DNA of 64,000 nt, from NCBI GenBank assembly GCA_963676395.1, contig OY781066.1, forward strand, positions 2,112,001 through 2,176,000, given 5' to 3'. The notes beneath the pieces were generated by a model. It saw only the letters and a program-made list of their open reading frames with translations, made no database searches and was not told where the DNA came from. Positions 38,783 to 49,332 of the stretch are shown one piece after another (the first letter of the stretch is position 1; each line of letters begins with the position of its first letter). The translations under genes were made by a program, and so were the position numbers. Source of the stretch: a bacterium. GTDB taxonomy: Bacteria; Fidelibacterota; Fidelibacteria; Fidelibacterales; Fidelibacteraceae.

Positions 38783-39298
38783 ATGCCCATCACCATCATC
38801 GAAATAAAAGCCCGTAGCACACAACATAACAAAGTACGCGAAATACTAAAAAAAGCAGGTGCTGATTTTAAAGGTAAAGATCATCAGGTCGATACTTACT
38901 TTAATGTGTCTAATGGCCGCTTAAAGCTGCGTGAAGGCAAGATCGAGAATAATTTGATCCAACTAGTACGTCCGGACCGAAAAGGGCCTAAACAGTCCTC
39001 TGTGCTTTTATATAAATTAAGCCCGGATTCTTCGCTTAAAAGCATTCTTGCCAAAGCTAATGGCATTCTTGCGATCGTTGATAAACAAAGAGAGATCTAT
39101 TTTATTGAAAACATAAAAATTCATATTGATACCGTAAAAGATCTGGGCACATTTATAGAGATAGAAGCGATCGATGAGACGGGGGAGATAGGAAGAGAAA
39201 AACTTTTGCAGCAATGTCAGCATTATTTGGATCTTTTTGATGTAAAAGAAGAAGAACTTGTGGATCGGTCATATTCGGATTTATTGGAGAAACTGTAA
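38783..39298 (+). CDS. CYTH/class IV adenylate cyclase (CyaB-like)
   Basis: IEIKAR, HQVDTYF, RLKLR, VDKQREIY, HID.V..LGTFIEIE, SYSDLL; GAGGA SD before ATG 38783. Confidence 0.88.
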   Translation: MPITIIEIKARSTQHNKVREILKKAGADFKGKDHQVDTYFNVSNGRLKLREGKIENNLIQLVRPDRKGPKQSSVLLYKLSPDSSLKSILAKANGILAIVDKQREIYFIENIKIHIDTVKDLGTFIEIEAIDETGEIGREKLLQQCQHYLDLFDVKEEELVDRSYSDLLEKL

Positions 39299-39394
39299 TA
39301 ATACTTTGTTAATACGAAATATATATGTAAAATAAAGAGTAAATTAAATAAGTATAATGATTATTATGTTAATTGTATTAAAAAAGGAGAAAAA

Positions 39395-40033
39395 ATGAAA
39401 AAGCTATTAATTGTGTTATTTGTTATCCTCATCACTTTCTCATTTGCTGCTGAAAAAGAAAAAGTAATAGAAATTGGCGTAACAACGACAAGACCTCTAT
39501 ACAATTCTTATAATTTTATGGCTAAAATTGGAGATGATCATTCTGTACTAAGAATTGGATCAATAAGTGCTACAAATTACATGTATTGGCAGTCAGAGGA
39601 CGATATTAATGCGAATGATACACTTTTTAGAAATTTAACATTTACTTCAAATAGCGTAGGATTTGCAATTGGACGAGAAATAAGAAAAGATTTAAAAGAT
39701 AATTTTGAATTGCGATATGGTATGGATTTTACTTTTGCTTTAAGTCAAAGAAAATCAGAGGATGTACATGATACACTATATACTGTTGCTCAAGTTGATT
39801 TTGGAATTTCACCTGGACTTCGTTTTGTATTTGGGTTGAATTACGTGTTAAATGATAACATTGTTTTTGGAATAGAGGTTTTACCTAAATTGTACTTTAA
39901 CTATTCTTGTAATAAAAGATTATATGATTATGTGGACCCCAGTCTAGAAGATCGAATTGATAGTCAAAAAAAATATATGTGGCAATTTGATTTTTCATCA
40001 CTTGCCTTGTTATCAATTTCCTACAGATTCTAA
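39395..40033 (+). CDS. Putative small outer-membrane beta-barrel protein
   Basis: Signal peptide ending SFA, amphipathic strands, terminal SYRF. Confidence 0.7.
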   Translation: MKKLLIVLFVILITFSFAAEKEKVIEIGVTTTRPLYNSYNFMAKIGDDHSVLRIGSISATNYMYWQSEDDINANDTLFRNLTFTSNSVGFAIGREIRKDLKDNFELRYGMDFTFALSQRKSEDVHDTLYTVAQVDFGISPGLRFVFGLNYVLNDNIVFGIEVLPKLYFNYSCNKRLYDYVDPSLEDRIDSQKKYMWQFDFSSLALLSISYRF

Positions 40034-40051
40034 ACAAATTGAATACACATT

Positions 40052-40076
40052 AAAAGCCTCGTACTGAGGCTTTTTT
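40052..40076 (+). terminator. Intrinsic terminator
   Basis: aaaagcctc-gtact-gaggctttttt. Confidence 0.75.
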
Positions 40077-40175
40077 ATTTTCATGAATATTTTTAAGTGC
40101 TTCATTATTACCATGTCTGATATTATTGTAAAGTATTTGCCGTAAATGTTATGAAAGAAGTTATAATAGGTAAGT

Positions 40176-40203
40176 TGTAAGGAACAGACATATCTGTTCT
40201 TTA
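40176..40203. repeat. Degenerate REP-like palindrome
   Basis: tgtaaggaacaga-cata-tctgttcttta; left arm shares tgtaaggaac with 6234. Confidence 0.55.
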
Positions 40204-40285
40204 GCGTAAATTTATATTCATCATCTGATTTTCTTGTCTCTTGTTCTATATTATTGTATTTTGCCTTGAAAAAATAAGGTATAAT

Positions 40286-41374
40286 ATGTTTATAGATATC
40301 CTGAAAAAAGAAAAACACAGTAAAGAAGACCTCATTGAACTTTTATCGGCCAAGGACAAGGATCAGGAGCTTTTATTTGAATATGCCGAAAAAGTAAGGT
40401 TGGAACATACAGGCAATAAAGTTTATTTGCGTGGCTTGATAGAGTTATCAAACATATGTGCGAAAAATTGTTTTTACTGTGGCATAAGAAGATCAAATTC
40501 ACATGTTCATCGCTATGATTTAAGTGATGAAGAGGTTTTTTCAGCCGCCAAATATGCTTATGAACAGAAATACGGTTCACTGGTGATACAATGTGGTGAA
40601 TTGACATCTAAAAAATTTACCGATCGTATTGCGCGATTGCTTAAAGGTATAAAAGAAATTTCTAATGATGATATGCGTGTAACCCTTTCTATGGGTGAAC
40701 AGAGTCCTGATGTTTTCAAAGAATGGCAAGAAGCGGGCGCGCATCGCTATCTTGTAAGAATTGAGTCTTCAAATCGTGGTCTATATGAAAAAATTCATCC
40801 AAAAGATGAATTACACTCGTATGATAAGCGATTACAATCACTTAAAGATCTGAGAGCGGCGGGTTTTCAAGTCGGTACAGGTGTGATGATCGGCTTACCG
40901 TTTCAAACTTTGGATGATTTAGCTTCTGATTTGATATTTATGCGAGATATTGATATTCACATGGTGGGTATGGGACCATATTTAGAACATCATGATACAC
41001 CTTTATATCAATATAAAGATATACTATTGCCACAGAATGAGCGTTTTGAATTAAGCCTTAAGATGGTCGCGATTTTAAGGATTATCATGAAAGATATTAA
41101 TATAGCGGCAACAACGGCAATGCAAACTATTCACCCACATGGTAGAATGATGGCCATTAAGGCCGGAGCTAATGTATTTATGCCCAATATTACTCCCGGA
41201 GAGGCAAGAGAAGACTACAACCTCTATGAGAATAAACCCGGTACAGATAAAAGCCCGGAGGACTATCTAAAAAGTGTTGAAGAGCGAATTAGCAAGATAG
41301 GTTATCATTTAGCAATAGGTGAAATGGGTGATTCGCTTCATTACCTAAGAGGGAAAGATAAATTTACTAACTAA
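40286..41374 (+). CDS. hydE: [FeFe]-hydrogenase H-cluster radical SAM maturase HydE(-like)
   Basis: LRGLIELSNICAKNCFYCGIR, GAHRYLVRIE, GTGVMIGLPFQT, ATTA, GANVFMPN, YNLYENKP. Confidence 0.85.
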   Translation: MFIDILKKEKHSKEDLIELLSAKDKDQELLFEYAEKVRLEHTGNKVYLRGLIELSNICAKNCFYCGIRRSNSHVHRYDLSDEEVFSAAKYAYEQKYGSLVIQCGELTSKKFTDRIARLLKGIKEISNDDMRVTLSMGEQSPDVFKEWQEAGAHRYLVRIESSNRGLYEKIHPKDELHSYDKRLQSLKDLRAAGFQVGTGVMIGLPFQTLDDLASDLIFMRDIDIHMVGMGPYLEHHDTPLYQYKDILLPQNERFELSLKMVAILRIIMKDINIAATTAMQTIHPHGRMMAIKAGANVFMPNITPGEAREDYNLYENKPGTDKSPEDYLKSVEERISKIGYHLAIGEMGDSLHYLRGKDKFTN

Positions 41375-41487
41375 AGAATGATTTGAACTTTATCTGTAGT
41401 TTTTTAATCAAGGATATGTAAGTCAAATCATTCAAATTCTTGAAGTATTCATGACTGTATAGTATATTAGGTCAATTGGAGGTATTT

Positions 41488-41712
41488 ATGAGAATAGGCA
41501 AAATTTTAATTCATTTCATCATGGTATTTATTATAGCTTTTACTGTAACGGCAGCAGTAACTGCACTGTATGGTAGAATACTTCATGGAGCTTGTGGCCT
41601 TGACCTGGAAAAGGCAATAGTCTTTGGTTCAGTTTTTGGTGTAATGTTCACATGGGCTGAAGCTAGACGTATAGAACGTACTGAGGATGAAGACGACAAT
41701 CCTTACGATTAG
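41488..41712 (+). CDS. Small two-TM membrane protein
   Basis: GGAGGT SD; upstream TTGAAG-N17-TATATT; two hydrophobic helices. Confidence 0.65.
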   Translation: MRIGKILIHFIMVFIIAFTVTAAVTALYGRILHGACGLDLEKAIVFGSVFGVMFTWAEARRIERTEDEDDNPYD

Positions 41713-41731
41713 TAAAAACGGATTAAAAAAT

Positions 41732-41761
41732 AAAAAAGGGATTCTTTGAATCCCTTTTTTT
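41732..41761. terminator. Bidirectional intrinsic terminator
   Basis: aaaaaagggattc-ttt-gaatccctttttt between convergent genes. Confidence 0.8.
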
Positions 41762-41781
41762 ATTTCAGTGAATTATTTTTT

Positions 41782-42069
41782 TTATTCACTTAGATATGAT
41801 TTAATCATATCTACAACGCTTTCTTCGTCAACTACATCATAATAGATGAAGGTGCCTTTACGTTGTTTTTTGACAATACCCGCGTAGCGAATTTTTGTCA
41901 AATGCTGTGATACCGTAGCAGTTGGTACATCAACACAAGTTTCCAAGTTGTTGACATTTGTAGGACCGTTTTTAATCAGTCCGCGTAGGATCGCCAGGCG
42001 AATAGGATGAGCTATTGCCTTGAGGATCTCTGCCTTGCGTGCCAGGTAATTATAGTCGTTTTTACTCAT
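41782..42069 (-). CDS. ArsR/SmtB family transcriptional regulator
   Basis: LKAIAHPIRLAIL, TVSQHL..IR.AGIV...R.G..IYY; GGAGG SD. Confidence 0.92.
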   Translation of the reverse strand: MSKNDYNYLARKAEILKAIAHPIRLAILRGLIKNGPTNVNNLETCVDVPTATVSQHLTKIRYAGIVKKQRKGTFIYYDVVDEESVVDMIKSYLSE

Positions 42070-42247
42070 AGCAATTCCTCCCGTTATTGCTGTTAGTTGT
42101 AAATAGTATAAAATATATTTTTAAAAAAAACAATGGAAAAATCGTATTTACAATAACTTAGCTATTCTAAAAATATTGTTATATTTCTCTCGCTCTTATA
42201 CAATTTATGTTCTATTCAGTTTTCTATTGTCTCATTAATTATAATAA

Positions 42248-42338
<91 letters not shown>

Positions 42339-42359
42339 TTTGCTTTCAAAAAGCCAAGA

Positions 42360-42388
42360 AATTTAATATGCAATTTACTCTTTTACAA
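42360..42388 (-). promoter_or_regulatory. Putative tRNA promoter TTGTAA-N17-TAAATT
   Basis: About 21 bp upstream of the tRNA 5' end. Confidence 0.55.
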
Positions 42389-42515
42389 TAGTTATTTAAG
42401 TAAATGTTAATCTTTGTGTTATTTTAAATCTAAAGGCTGGTAAATAAAGCTAAAAACTTATTTTTAACGTGGAAAAATGAATTTTATTTATAATAAAATT
42501 CATTTATATTTCACG

Positions 42516-45119
42516 ATGAGTAATAAAGCACAAACACCCCTAATGAAGCAGTATTTTGATGTTAAAGCAAAACATCCCGATAAGATCGTCCTATTTAGAA
42601 TGGGTGATTTCTATGAAACATTTGATAGCGATGCAAAAATAGCAGCAAAAGTCCTCAACATTGTTTTGACCAAACGCTCAAATGGGGCCGCATCAGACAT
42701 GCCGCTTGCCGGTTTTCCACATCATGCTCTTGATAATTATTTGCATGAATTGTTAAAGGCCGGTTTAAAAGTAGCCATTTGCGAACAACTTGAAGATCCC
42801 AAGAAAGCCAAGGGATTGGTTAAGCGTGGAATCACTGAAATTATAACCCCCGGTACCGCTGTAAATGATAAGTATTTGGATGCACGTAGTAACAATTATC
42901 TTGCTGCTTGGTTTCCCGATAAATTACAAAGTGCTTTTGCATTTGTTGATATCTCTACCGGTGAGTTTAAGTATATTAGTGCCTCCAATAAAAATATTGC
43001 GGAGTTGATTGAGGCAAAGCCTATCTCTGAATTACTAGTTCCCGAATCAGAAGAAATTAAGCTAAAAGCTATGGTGCCGCATTATAAAGGGATGTTTACT
43101 CGGATCCCTGATTGGGTTTGTGATCATTCTTATTCATCTGATATGATCAAATCACATTTTAAATCTTCAACACTAAAAGGATTTGGTATTGAAGAAAAGC
43201 CACAGTGCGTGCAAGCAGTCGGAATGATCTTACATTATGTAAAAGAAAACTTCCAAAAAAGATTGGCTCATATTAATTCTATTAGAGAAATGGATCCCGG
43301 TCACTTTCTAGGATTAGATCGTTTTACGATTCGAAATCTTGAACTTTTTCAACGTTTATCCGGCGAAAATGGAGCAGGTACTTTTATATGGGCGATAAAT
43401 GAAACTTTAACTGCTATGGGAGCAAGGCTTCTAAGGCAGTGGATATTTTACCCTCTGTTGAATAAAGAAAAGATCAATGATCGTTTAGAGCATGTAACAA
43501 CCTTTGTTGAAGATCAAAATGCATGTTTAAATATCAGAGACCTTTTAAAAGGTATTTCAGATATTGAACGTTTGTGCGCCAAAATAGCTTCCGGGAAGAT
43601 CGGTCCAAAAGAATTAAATTCTTTGAAAGATACAATAAAGTCAGTATTGCTTTTACCCGAAATGATTGATCCTAAGTTGAATTTTCAATTGGAGGAAGAC
43701 GAGCAATTACAGGTAATTATTGATATTATTGAAAAATCAATTAAAGAGGATCCCAATAATCAAGTGAATAAGGGTGGAGTATTTAAAGATGATTTTCATC
43801 CGGAGATCTTGGAATTACGAAAAATATCCAAGGGGGGGAAAGATATTCTTCTTGAGATCCAGGAAAGAGAAAGAAAAAGGCTTCAGATTCCGACCTTGAA
43901 AATATCCTATAATCGTGTTTTTGGATACTATATTGATGTTACCAGAGTACATTCGGATAAGGTACCCGAAGATTATATTCGTAAGCAGACTTTAGCCAAT
44001 TCGGAGCGGTATATTACTCAGGAATTAAAAGAATATGAAGATAAAATCTTAAATGCGGAAGATCGCCTTATCGCCTTGGAAGCAGAATTGTATTCAGAAC
44101 TTATTTCACAGCTTTCCGCATATATACGCCTTCTACAGACCAATGCTCAAAGAGTGGCTATGATAGACGTTCTATCTTCTTTCGCTCATTCTGCGCAACG
44201 TGAGCAATGGATTAGACCCATTGTGGATGAATCGTCTGTTCTTGAGATCAAAGGAGGTCGCCATCCGGTTGTTGAAGCACTATTACCACCACATGAATCT
44301 TTTATCCCCAATGATTCATATCTTGATCTTGAAAAAGAACAAATTCACCTAATAACCGGTCCAAATATGTCCGGTAAATCGACCTATCTCAGACAGATCG
44401 CATTGATCGTTTTGATGGCTCAAATGGGGTCATTCGTTCCTGCCGTTTCGGCACATATAGGGCTGGTAGATAAAATATTCACGCGAGTGGGAGCCAGTGA
44501 CAATCTCGCATTTGGTGAAAGTACGTTTTTAACGGAAATGATTGAGACGGCTAATATTCTAAATACAGCTACAAAACGTTCGTTGATTCTATTGGACGAA
44601 ATAGGTAGAGGTACAAGTACTTATGACGGGCTTTCCATCGCTTGGTCGGTTGTGGAATACTTGCATAATCAACCTGAAATTGCCGCTAGAACACTATTTG
44701 CAACACATTATCATGAATTGACTGATTTAGAAGAAATTTTACCGCGAGTTAAAAATTATAATGTACAGGTCAAGGAGTACTCAGATAAAGTGATTTTTTT
44801 AAGAAAGATCATCTCGGGGAGCACCGACAAAAGTTATGGTATATATGTCGCTCAAATGGCAGGCGTCCCCCAAGCTGTAGTTAAGCGTGCAAAAGAGATT
44901 CTTTATCATTTATCAGGTGCAGATCATACACTTCCGGATGGGAAAAATGTTCATACACCCGTTGTTGAACAAGAAAACATTGTACAGCTTGATATATTTT
45001 CTGCAAAAGACAGTGAATTGCATGCTGAGGTGAATGAATTGGATATTGATAATATGACTCCGGTAGAAGCTCTTTTTAAGCTACAAGAGCTTAAAAATAA
45101 AGCAAAAGGAAAAACTTAA
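42516..45119 (+). CDS. mutS: DNA mismatch repair protein MutS
   Basis: TPLMKQY, FRMGDFYE, TGPNMSGKSTYLRQ, DEIGRGTST, FATHYHEL, SYGI. Confidence 0.98.
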   Translation: MSNKAQTPLMKQYFDVKAKHPDKIVLFRMGDFYETFDSDAKIAAKVLNIVLTKRSNGAASDMPLAGFPHHALDNYLHELLKAGLKVAICEQLEDPKKAKGLVKRGITEIITPGTAVNDKYLDARSNNYLAAWFPDKLQSAFAFVDISTGEFKYISASNKNIAELIEAKPISELLVPESEEIKLKAMVPHYKGMFTRIPDWVCDHSYSSDMIKSHFKSSTLKGFGIEEKPQCVQAVGMILHYVKENFQKRLAHINSIREMDPGHFLGLDRFTIRNLELFQRLSGENGAGTFIWAINETLTAMGARLLRQWIFYPLLNKEKINDRLEHVTTFVEDQNACLNIRDLLKGISDIERLCAKIASGKIGPKELNSLKDTIKSVLLLPEMIDPKLNFQLEEDEQLQVIIDIIEKSIKEDPNNQVNKGGVFKDDFHPEILELRKISKGGKDILLEIQERERKRLQIPTLKISYNRVFGYYIDVTRVHSDKVPEDYIRKQTLANSERYITQELKEYEDKILNAEDRLIALEAELYSELISQLSAYIRLLQTNAQRVAMIDVLSSFAHSAQREQWIRPIVDESSVLEIKGGRHPVVEALLPPHESFIPNDSYLDLEKEQIHLITGPNMSGKSTYLRQIALIVLMAQMGSFVPAVSAHIGLVDKIFTRVGASDNLAFGESTFLTEMIETANILNTATKRSLILLDEIGRGTSTYDGLSIAWSVVEYLHNQPEIAARTLFATHYHELTDLEEILPRVKNYNVQVKEYSDKVIFLRKIISGSTDKSYGIYVAQMAGVPQAVVKRAKEILYHLSGADHTLPDGKNVHTPVVEQENIVQLDIFSAKDSELHAEVNELDIDNMTPVEALFKLQELKNKAKGKT

Positions 45120-45157
45120 AGAGAGATAAGAAAACTATTAAGATTTGAGGAATAAAT

Positions 45158-45190
45158 AAAAAGTCGAGAATTTTAAATCTCGACTTTTTT
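45158..45190. terminator. Bidirectional intrinsic terminator
   Basis: aaaaagtcgaga...tctcgactttttt between convergent genes. Confidence 0.75.
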
Positions 45191-45222
45191 ATATTATTGT
45201 TATGATGATGAACTTTTAATTA

Positions 45223-47127
45223 TTAAAAGAATCTAGCCCAATACAATTTTAAACCTGCTCCACTGATATTCTCGGTAAAAGAGAAGTCCTTATCATAGAG
45301 TCGTACAGTTAAGCCAAATTCGCTACCAAGACTTTGTAATCTAAGTCCTGCTTCAGAATAACGGTACTGACCTTTCTGAAATACCATTCCATTCAGGCTA
45401 ATAGCTTTTCCAAGAAAAATTTCAGCACCGTAAGAATAGTTTTGACCTGTATTGGAATTAATACCTTCTGTCAGATATTCCGAGTATGAGCCTTTAAGCA
45501 TAATTAACGATATTGGTTGATATTGAGCCGCAACATGGAATTTCATTCCTAAGGGGCGAGTGACCGAAGAATCTTCTAATATCGTATTTTCTTCTAGTAT
45601 GACCAGTGATTCAAGATCCATAGGATCATCGGAATTGAACATTTCAAGTAGATCGCCGGCCTCAGCTTCAAAACTGAACTCATTGATATATGCATTGTTC
45701 ATTGTTACAGATGCACCAATATCTTGTAAGCTTGCTTGGACGTCAATATAGTTCTTAAATATTCCAGGGAAAATTGGTATTAATCTGTTAAGCTTGAATC
45801 TCCAGGCAATACCAAGATCAAAACCTAAAGTTGGTGGCAGAAAAGTATTATGAAATTCATCTAAATCAGTCATACTGTATTGAAAATCAATTCCTCCACC
45901 TGGAACAATAGCTGTAAGTGTATCCATAAAGCTTAGAACCTGGGCTTTACCGCGCAATTGCGTGCTTTCTGTCCCCGGCTCAAGAGAAAGCTCGGAAATA
46001 TTTACACTGGAGAAAGCTCCCGCATAGGCATTGATCGAAGCTCCAAATCTCAGTTCACCCATGAACGCAGGTAATTCAAAATAGGAACCATACCCTGCGG
46101 ACAATTTAGAATATGTATTTACATTTACACCCATTTCTTCAGTCATAGAAAAAGGCTCCGCTACTGTAGATCCGTCGAAAATGAGTCCCCAAAATTCATT
46201 TGGGATTCTCATTCTTTCTTGTACAAAAAGTCCGGCATTTCCATAGACTGAACCACCTAAAAGATTTAATTTAAAACCAATTAAAGTCGGAATATTGATG
46301 TCTATTGGTATTTCTAAACCATTTTCACCTAGGTCGGCCAACATGCTGTCTTCCAATTCGGGGGTTAATAATTCACCGGTTGTAAGGTAATTATTCCAAA
46401 ACACTAAAGGTTTAACAGATGTTTTAACATCTAGGTTAATATTATTGATAGGAATGATAGAAAGTGAGCTGGGATACTCAGAACGCAGACCGAGGTTTGC
46501 CGTGCTTTCAAGAATGTTTCGAACCGGTCGATTTACCCGACTATGAATAATATCAGCACCATCCAAGGTGATTAATCTCATACGACTTTTTGGTTTTTTC
46601 TCAAGTCGTTTGACATAGATCTTTTGATTCCTGGTTTTAGGATTAGGTACTTCGATATATGGTTTGAAAAGTCGTTTTTTCTTCTCAACGATCGAATCAT
46701 TATCATTTGTACTTTCTTTGACCTTATCGGCTTTTTTTCCTTGTTTGTTTTTCTTGGTCTTATTTTCTTTTTCTGGTAGAGGTTTCGCAATAGTGACCTT
46801 TGGAGATGCAACAGATGCAGGAGTTATTGTGGGAGTGGGGAGGGGAGTCGGTGCACTTGTTTTTACAGGTATTACCGGCTTTGCTTCAGGTTTAGGGGGA
46901 TTATTAGTTTCTTCTTTTTTAAGCTCTTCCTTAACTCCAAGAATGGTCGTCGGCTTAGGAATATCTGGCTTTTTCTCCTCTTTTTTTGCAGGTGTGACCT
47001 GTTGGTCTTTATTTAGTGTTTTAATAAGGTCATTAAAGTAGTTTTCAGGTTTTTCCTCTTTCACTTCTTGAGCTGTCAGAGGAATGGTGAAACATATAAT
47101 GAGTAGTAATGCTATTATCCGTTTCAT
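45223..47127 (-). CDS. Outer-membrane protein: Pro/Lys-rich N-terminal linker plus DUF5723-like beta-barrel
   Basis: Signal peptide; about 130-aa PKT-rich region; ANLG, GFDLG, SLQDIG motifs; terminal aromatic (WARFF). Confidence 0.6.
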   Translation of the reverse strand: MKRIIALLLIICFTIPLTAQEVKEEKPENYFNDLIKTLNKDQQVTPAKKEEKKPDIPKPTTILGVKEELKKEETNNPPKPEAKPVIPVKTSAPTPLPTPTITPASVASPKVTIAKPLPEKENKTKKNKQGKKADKVKESTNDNDSIVEKKKRLFKPYIEVPNPKTRNQKIYVKRLEKKPKSRMRLITLDGADIIHSRVNRPVRNILESTANLGLRSEYPSSLSIIPINNINLDVKTSVKPLVFWNNYLTTGELLTPELEDSMLADLGENGLEIPIDINIPTLIGFKLNLLGGSVYGNAGLFVQERMRIPNEFWGLIFDGSTVAEPFSMTEEMGVNVNTYSKLSAGYGSYFELPAFMGELRFGASINAYAGAFSSVNISELSLEPGTESTQLRGKAQVLSFMDTLTAIVPGGGIDFQYSMTDLDEFHNTFLPPTLGFDLGIAWRFKLNRLIPIFPGIFKNYIDVQASLQDIGASVTMNNAYINEFSFEAEAGDLLEMFNSDDPMDLESLVILEENTILEDSSVTRPLGMKFHVAAQYQPISLIMLKGSYSEYLTEGINSNTGQNYSYGAEIFLGKAISLNGMVFQKGQYRYSEAGLRLQSLGSEFGLTVRLYDKDFSFTENISGAGLKLYWARFF

Positions 47128-49255
47128 TGGTCACCCCCTGTCGTATCGGGAACCAGCTCATTGAGGTTAAGAGTACCCTCTGCTTGTATGTAGAGATCAA
47201 CGCTGACGGAATCCGTTGAAATGAATGTGGTTGGTTGACCATCATTACGACCATTTAATGAGGCTTCCAGATACAACCAATTAGAGTCCTGTGCACTGAC
47301 AAGGAAATCATAATCTTCTTTTGTAAGTGTCAGATACTGTGTTGTCGTATCAAGTGCCGGTAATTCCAACTCTGCAATGTTTTTACACAATCAATATATG
47401 TAGGATTGTTAAAATACATGGTATCATGCGCGGCATATACATTAAGATCTACACCAAACTGAAATGTATTATTTACCTTAGCTGTAAGTCTACCGGAAAA
47501 ATCATTCAAAAATGTAGGTAGGGTATCCATTGTAGATAATGCCATGTAGGGTAGTGGAAAGCCAATAGGTGTCGTGATCGTGAATTGCAAGGGAACTGCA
47601 ACTTCAATATCGACTCCCACATTTTGAGTTAATGCGAGATTGCCACTACCATCTAAAGAAACACCACCACCAAAGAACATTGAGTCAGGCATGAAATTAA
47701 TCAAGTCAGCCGCATTGGGAATTTCAATATGCGGATTACCTCCTGTTCCGGTGACCTGTTGGCTTATGGAGATTGTTGTTGAATCAGCACCACCGTTTTT
47801 GACGCCAACCAATTCAAGATCGAGCGTCATTGGTACGGTAATTGTACTTGAAACATCCAAAGTAAGAAGTACACTGGCTAATTCAATACCGCTGAATTCA
47901 TCAGGAATGATCTCACCGAGGTTAAACCCTTCAATGGCTGTTTGAGCCAATTCGAACTCAGTATCTGTAAATGTAGCATCCACTGATTTTATAGCGATAG
48001 GATCTCCCGGATTTTCACCATAGAAAGCGAATTCGATTTCGAATTCATCTGTTGATTCTATTTCCGCATACTGAGTGGGTGTTTTGATATATGCTGCATA
48101 ATTAAAGTCATCGGATAGATCTACAGACGCATTATTTAATGGGAAATTGTAGGTTTGAGAACCTTCGGAGGGGATAGTCAGCGAATCTGTATTAAAGGCT
48201 TGAACTCCCATATTGGCGGATGTATCTAAAGAGCTGAGTTCTAATAGTATTTTACCCGTGATAGGACTTGTATTATTGATGGTAATTGATACATGTGCCG
48301 GACCAAGATATACTTTATCTACGCTTAATCCGGGTTCGCTGATTGCACCTCCAAATGATATTGATGAACTTTCATTTAAAGTTTGAGGATCAATATTACC
48401 TTCTACCAAGCTGGCTTCAATATCAGAGATCGAACCACTAACATTAAATGAAGAGGTTCTCATAGCCGGAGAAACGGTTAATGTATCCGGATCTCCACCA
48501 TTCGCGGCAGCGTAACCTTTGGTAATGATCATGACAGCTGCAGGAAGTTCCAGTCCTGTAAGGGAAGCATTTTCTGTAGCTTCCGTTCCGGGAGTGATGG
48601 GGCTATTCCATTCCAATTTCAGGGTATCACCACCTGGATAGGTGATGGGAGTAGCGGAAGCCGAATCGTAGAACGTCATCGAGATTGGAGCACCCAAGTC
48701 ACAATACAGATCATTGTTGATACTAACTTCCAAATTTCCTGATGCCAATACTTGTCTTGACATTGGGAAATTGATATAAGTTGTATCAGGATCAAATTCA
48801 ATAGAATCTAAAGGGACATCTGTTCCGTCAGGTATTGAGCTAAGATCAATTAGTTCTTGCATCTCAATTGGGTTTGAAAGCGCTAAAACTTGTGTACTAT
48901 AACTGACCATTGTCATGGATTGAGATATGCTTGAGCTGACGGGGTCAACAGACATTCCCATATCCATATCAAAGTTTTCACTCATATCAAATCTAAAAAC
49001 GAACCAATCGGATTCACCTGAAGGATCATCGGGATAGGTTTCCCGCATATCATCCAAAGGAAGCTGATCTCCCGCATAAGATAGTAGAGTATCAAAATTG
49101 ATGCTTTGCGTTGTTACAAAGAATTCATATGGACCAACTGAAATCGCCGGGGGAACGATGGGTTGGTTTATATCGGGAATTCTAAACTCAAAACAGCCAC
49201 TAAGACCGATGAGGACAAGCAGAAGCAAGATTATACTTTTTCTTCCTTTTGTCAT
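47124..49255 (-). pseudogene. Large lipoprotein split by an apparent 1-bp frameshift (ORFs 47330-49255 and 47124-47390)
   Basis: Lipobox LSGC; the long ORF loses its acidic character after ...IDCVK while the overlapping frame continues KNIAELELPALDTT... to a stop overlapping the next ATG. Confidence 0.7.
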
Positions 49256-49332
49256 AGTTATTTCCTCTATGTTATTATTTATACTTTTTTTAGGTATCTA
49301 AAATTATTTTGTTCCAAAGATATATGCAAGAT

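Noticed and set aside
47376..47390. Canonical programmed -1 ribosomal frameshift
   Set aside because: No in-frame X XXY YYZ heptamer; the run is only five A
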